From NCBI GenBank assembly GCA_044226625.1, contig JBGAGQ010000008.1:71836-135835 (forward strand): 64,000 nt of DNA, read 5' to 3'. Source of the DNA: Thermoanaerobaculia bacterium. Lineage in GTDB: Bacteria; Acidobacteriota; Thermoanaerobaculia; Multivoradales; UBA5704. The position numbers and the translations under genes are program-made. Under the pieces are notes generated by a model. That model was not told the origin of the DNA and searched no databases. It was given only the letters and a program-made list of their open reading frames with translations. Positions 60,664 to 64,000 of the stretch are shown here, piece after piece (position 1 is the stretch's first letter; each line of letters opens with the position of its first letter).

Positions 60664-61698
60664 GTGCGCGCCCGCTCCCCCGTCCTGCTCCTCGCCGGGA
60701 TCGGCGCCACCTTCGCGTTCGCGGCCTCGGCGAACTGGCTGCGCGAGTCCTACGCGCGTCACGCCTTGCCGACCCGGGGCGCCGAGTGGATCTGGTCCGG
60801 CGACGCCCGGCGCGAAAAGGCGCCGCAGGCGTTCTGGGCCGCGCGCGATTTCACCCTCGAGGCGGCGCCCCGTAGCGCGGCGCTCTACGTCCAGGCCGAT
60901 CCCGAATACGTGCTCTATTTGAACGGCCGCCGGCTGGGAGCCGGCCGTTTCGCCGAAGGCGCGCCGCTCGACGGCTACGAGGTCGCTCCTCTCCTCCAAG
61001 CGGGACCGAACCGATTGCTCGCCGAGCTGCGCAGCGACCACGGCGCGGGAGGATTCCTCCTCTCGCTCGAAGAGCGGCCCAGCGGGCGGCAACTCCTCGC
61101 GTCGGACCGGGATTGGACGATCCTCCGCCGCGACGATCCCGCCCTGCTCGCCGGCTTGCGCCCGCTCGAAGGGGGCACCCCCGCGTATAGCTGGTCGGTC
61201 CCCCCCCTTGGACGCTGGGGCGTCCCCCGCTTCGGTCCGTTGCGCCCGCTGCGGGAACCCTCCTCGATACCCGCCGCGCGCGATTCAGTCTCGCGCTCGG
61301 GCACTCCGGGACGCGACGTGCGGTTCGATTGGGGTGGCGAGCCGCAGGTCGGCCGCCTTCGGCTCACGGTGGCACCTCAGGAACTCACCCAGCTCGCGGT
61401 GGTGCGCTTGATCGACGACGGGACGCCCGACCTCCGTCCGTGCGCGGCGATCCCGGTGATCCTTATGCCGAACCAGCGCGAGTGGCTGGACACGAAGGTA
61501 CGCCGTTTCCGGGCCGTCGAAATCCTCGGCACGCTCGCGATCGAGCGAGCCCGCGTGCTCGCGCCCGACGGACCCGAGGACGAGCCCGCGGCCTCCGCGG
61601 TTCCGGCGCGAGGCCTGCTCGGCCTCACCCCGCCGCCGCTACGAACGCCGGTGGAGGACGAAGTCGGGCGCCAGCTCGAGCGCCTCGCGCACCGCTGA
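60664..61698 (+). CDS. Exported protein with alpha-L-rhamnosidase N-terminal-like (galactose-binding) domain
   Basis: AEWIW, A.LYVQAD..Y.LYLNG, YEVA.LL..GPN, SD.DW; no catalytic barrel. Confidence 0.65.
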   Translation: MRARSPVLLLAGIGATFAFAASANWLRESYARHALPTRGAEWIWSGDARREKAPQAFWAARDFTLEAAPRSAALYVQADPEYVLYLNGRRLGAGRFAEGAPLDGYEVAPLLQAGPNRLLAELRSDHGAGGFLLSLEERPSGRQLLASDRDWTILRRDDPALLAGLRPLEGGTPAYSWSVPPLGRWGVPRFGPLRPLREPSSIPAARDSVSRSGTPGRDVRFDWGGEPQVGRLRLTVAPQELTQLAVVRLIDDGTPDLRPCAAIPVILMPNQREWLDTKVRRFRAVEILGTLAIERARVLAPDGPEDEPAASAVPARGLLGLTPPPLRTPVEDEVGRQLERLAHR

Positions 61699-62700
61699 GG
61701 GGGGGAAGAACTCCAGCTCCCGTCGGGCCGCCCGCGCGTGCTCGGCCGCGAGCTGCTCGGTCTCTTCGAGCGTCCCTTCGGCCTTCACCCGCTCGAGGAT
61801 CTCCTCCGGGGCCACGCGGTCGAAGCTCCGATCCGTAAGCACCGTCTCGATCCGCCGCCGATCGGCCGCGCCGACGCGTGGCAGCAGCAGGAGGATCGGC
61901 AGCGTGAGCTTCCCCTCCCGCAGGTCCGAGAGCACCGGCTTGCCCAGCTCGGCCTCGCGCGCGGTGAAATCGAGCAGGTCGTCGACCAGTTGGAAGCAGG
62001 TGCCGAGCGCGCGGCCGTAGCGCGCGAGCACCGCTCCGGCCTCGGGGCGGAACGGCGGGATCAGACTCGGGATCGAGCAGGCCGCCGCGAACAGGTGCGC
62101 CGTCTTCCGGTCGATGATCTCGAAATACTCGTCCCGCGAGAGGTCGGGCGCGCCGAGCCGGGCGAGCGCGAGCAGCTCGCCCTCGGTCATCTTGAGCGTC
62201 GCGTCGCACAGCCTCTGCACCACCTCGAGATGGCCGTGCGAAAGCGCCATGCGCATCGCCGTCGTGTAGATCCAGTCGCCGAGCAGAACGGTCTGGTTGT
62301 TGCCCCAGAGGTGGTTCAACGTCGGCTGGCCGCGCCGAAGCTTCGCGTGGTCGATGATGTCGTCGTGGATCAGCGTCGCGGTGTGGATGAACTCGACGAC
62401 CGCGGCGTAGGTGACCTCTTCCGGCCCGTCGTGGCCGAGCAGGCGCGCGCAGAGCAGCAGGAGCGCCGGACGCACCCGCTTGCCGCCGCCGTCGGCGATA
62501 TAGACGCCGGCCTGCTGGATGAACGGCACGTCGGAGCCGAGGTGGTAACGGAACACCTCTTCGGTGGCGGCCAGTTTGTCGGCGACCAGCCCGAGGAATC
62601 GGGCCGGCGACACCGGAGCGCCCCCGTCTTGCGCCAGGGGATCGGCCGCCAGGTCGAGCAGTTGAGGGTCGGTCGCCACGTCGGGTCCTCTTTCGGTCAT
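61639..62700 (-). CDS. Polyprenyl diphosphate synthase (IspB-like)
   Basis: GGKRVRP, HDDIID...RRG, FQLVDDLLD, DLREGKLTLP. Confidence 0.93.
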   Translation of the reverse strand: MTERGPDVATDPQLLDLAADPLAQDGGAPVSPARFLGLVADKLAATEEVFRYHLGSDVPFIQQAGVYIADGGGKRVRPALLLLCARLLGHDGPEEVTYAAVVEFIHTATLIHDDIIDHAKLRRGQPTLNHLWGNNQTVLLGDWIYTTAMRMALSHGHLEVVQRLCDATLKMTEGELLALARLGAPDLSRDEYFEIIDRKTAHLFAAACSIPSLIPPFRPEAGAVLARYGRALGTCFQLVDDLLDFTAREAELGKPVLSDLREGKLTLPILLLLPRVGAADRRRIETVLTDRSFDRVAPEEILERVKAEGTLEETEQLAAEHARAARRELEFFPPSAVREALELAPDFVLHRRS

Positions 62701-62757
62701 CGGCTCAGGTCAGCGGATCGCACGTCACAGATCGAATATTCAAGATGAAGTCAGGGC

Positions 62758-63441
62758 TCAAAACTTCCGAATCGGATCGAAGGGAATGACCTGGACCAGA
62801 CGGCCGGACTCGAAACGATAGGCGCGGCCGCTCTCGAAATACCACCAGGTCACCTCGCGGCGGTCCGGATATTCGACGACGCGCACCTCCTCGGGTTGGC
62901 CGAGCTCGGCGAAGACCCGCCGCTCGTCCTCGGTCTTCACCTGCTGCTCGAACGAACGGAGCTTGGCGAACCGTTCGGCGTCGCGCACCACGAGCGGCAG
63001 GACGACCGCGCCGGTCTCCATCGAGCGGGCCGAAACGCTCTGGCGCTCGAACACCTCGAACCGCTCCTCCTTGCCCTGCCGGATCGCCACGCCCGCCTCG
63101 ACTTGGAAGCGGTTGAAGTACGGGTCCCAGGGCCAGGTCATGCTATACGACCCCTGCGCGTCGGTGGTCGCCACGACGCGGCGCACCTCGTTCTCGCTCG
63201 ACCGGAGGCTCTTGCGCGAAGCCTCGAGCACGACGCGCGCCCCGGCGAGTGGATGGCCTCCCGCGTCGGTGACCGTGCCGCGGATCGCCACCGGGTCTAG
63301 GGTCGAAAGCGCATGGGCCGGCGCCCCGGCCACGAATCCCACGAGAGCCCCGGCGACCAGGCCGACGAAGACTCCCGGGCCGGCCACGAGCGCGCGGGAC
63401 GGATGCCCAGGGCACCCTCGGTGCGAGCGCGGGCTGCTCAC
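62758..63441 (-). CDS. Exported protein with carboxypeptidase-regulatory-like domain
   Basis: IRGTVTDAGG.PLAGA.V, TTDAQG.Y; C-terminal LGQP...WWY (SmpA/OmlA-like). Confidence 0.7.
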   Translation of the reverse strand: MSSPRSHRGCPGHPSRALVAGPGVFVGLVAGALVGFVAGAPAHALSTLDPVAIRGTVTDAGGHPLAGARVVLEASRKSLRSSENEVRRVVATTDAQGSYSMTWPWDPYFNRFQVEAGVAIRQGKEERFEVFERQSVSARSMETGAVVLPLVVRDAERFAKLRSFEQQVKTEDERRVFAELGQPEEVRVVEYPDRREVTWWYFESGRAYRFESGRLVQVIPFDPIRKF

Positions 63442-63938
63442 TGGGAGCGATAGTTCGTGAAGGTGAGAGGGACGTCCAGCGAGTCGAGCCCCTTGAGCAT
63501 CGCGATCACCGTCTGCAGGTCGTCGCGCGCCTTGCCCGAGACCCGTACCGTGTCGCCCTGGATCGACGCCTGGACCTTGATCTTCCGCGCCTTGATCTCG
63601 GCGACGATCTTCTTCGCGGTCTCGATCGGAATGCCCTGCTGGAAGGTGATCCGCTGCTTCGCCCGGCCGCCGTGCGCCGGCTCGACCTTGCCGTAGCGTG
63701 CCGACTTCAAGTTGATGCCACGCTTGACCAGCTTGGTCTTCAACACCTCGAGCGCCTGACCGACGCTGAACTCGTCTGACGCTTCGAGCGCGATCTCCTC
63801 CCCTTCGAGCTCCATGCTCGCCCCGGCGTGCTTCAAGTCGTACCGGGTCCCGATCTCCTTCGCGGCCTGCTGCACCGCGTTCTTGATCTCTTGAAAATCT
63901 ACCGTGGAGACGATGTCGAAGGAGTTTTCGGCGGCCAT
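63438..63938 (-). CDS. yajQ: YajQ family nucleotide/c-di-GMP-binding protein
   Basis: SFDIVS, RYD, VQASIQGD.VRVSGK.RDDLQ, FTNYR. Confidence 0.95.
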   Translation of the reverse strand: MAAENSFDIVSTVDFQEIKNAVQQAAKEIGTRYDLKHAGASMELEGEEIALEASDEFSVGQALEVLKTKLVKRGINLKSARYGKVEPAHGGRAKQRITFQQGIPIETAKKIVAEIKARKIKVQASIQGDTVRVSGKARDDLQTVIAMLKGLDSLDVPLTFTNYRSQ

Positions 63939-64000
63939 GGTGTCGAGGGCGTTCTATGGGAGATTTTCGGGACGGTTCTCGGGTGGAATGCCGAGGCGGA

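Overview
High-GC bacterial window. Gene style suggests Acidobacteriota, possibly Thermoanaerobaculia-like; this is an inference and was not tested. Main content: (1) A ~19 kb group 2a (Huc/cyanobacterial-type) [NiFe]-hydrogenase locus (3615-22255) with the full hypA-F set, a maturation protease and NHL/NifU-Rieske/TPR accessory genes. It also carries a DUF1641 (HucM/helical-membrane-plugin-like) protein, a GAF-GAF kinase/LuxR pair and, directly upstream of the small subunit, a secreted octaheme HAO-family cytochrome that appears to lack the oxidative cross-link Tyr. (2) A lower-GC Hachiman (hamA-hamB) anti-phage insert (27.4-32.1 kb). (3) Housekeeping genes: queE, ETF-QO, yceD-rpmF-plsX-fabD-fabG-acpP-fabF, prfC, polyprenyl synthase, yajQ, lolA. 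(4) A three-gene DUF692/MNIO cluster with a 69-aa non-secreted CAPC-LSG substrate candidate (49882-51683), which is the best candidate for an undescribed system. (5) Non-coding structure: two ~20-bp-period palindrome arrays, REP-like hairpins, a duplicated gene 3' end and several decayed toxin-antitoxin remnants. Start codons were adjusted by eye from RBS and motif context. No database searches were run.
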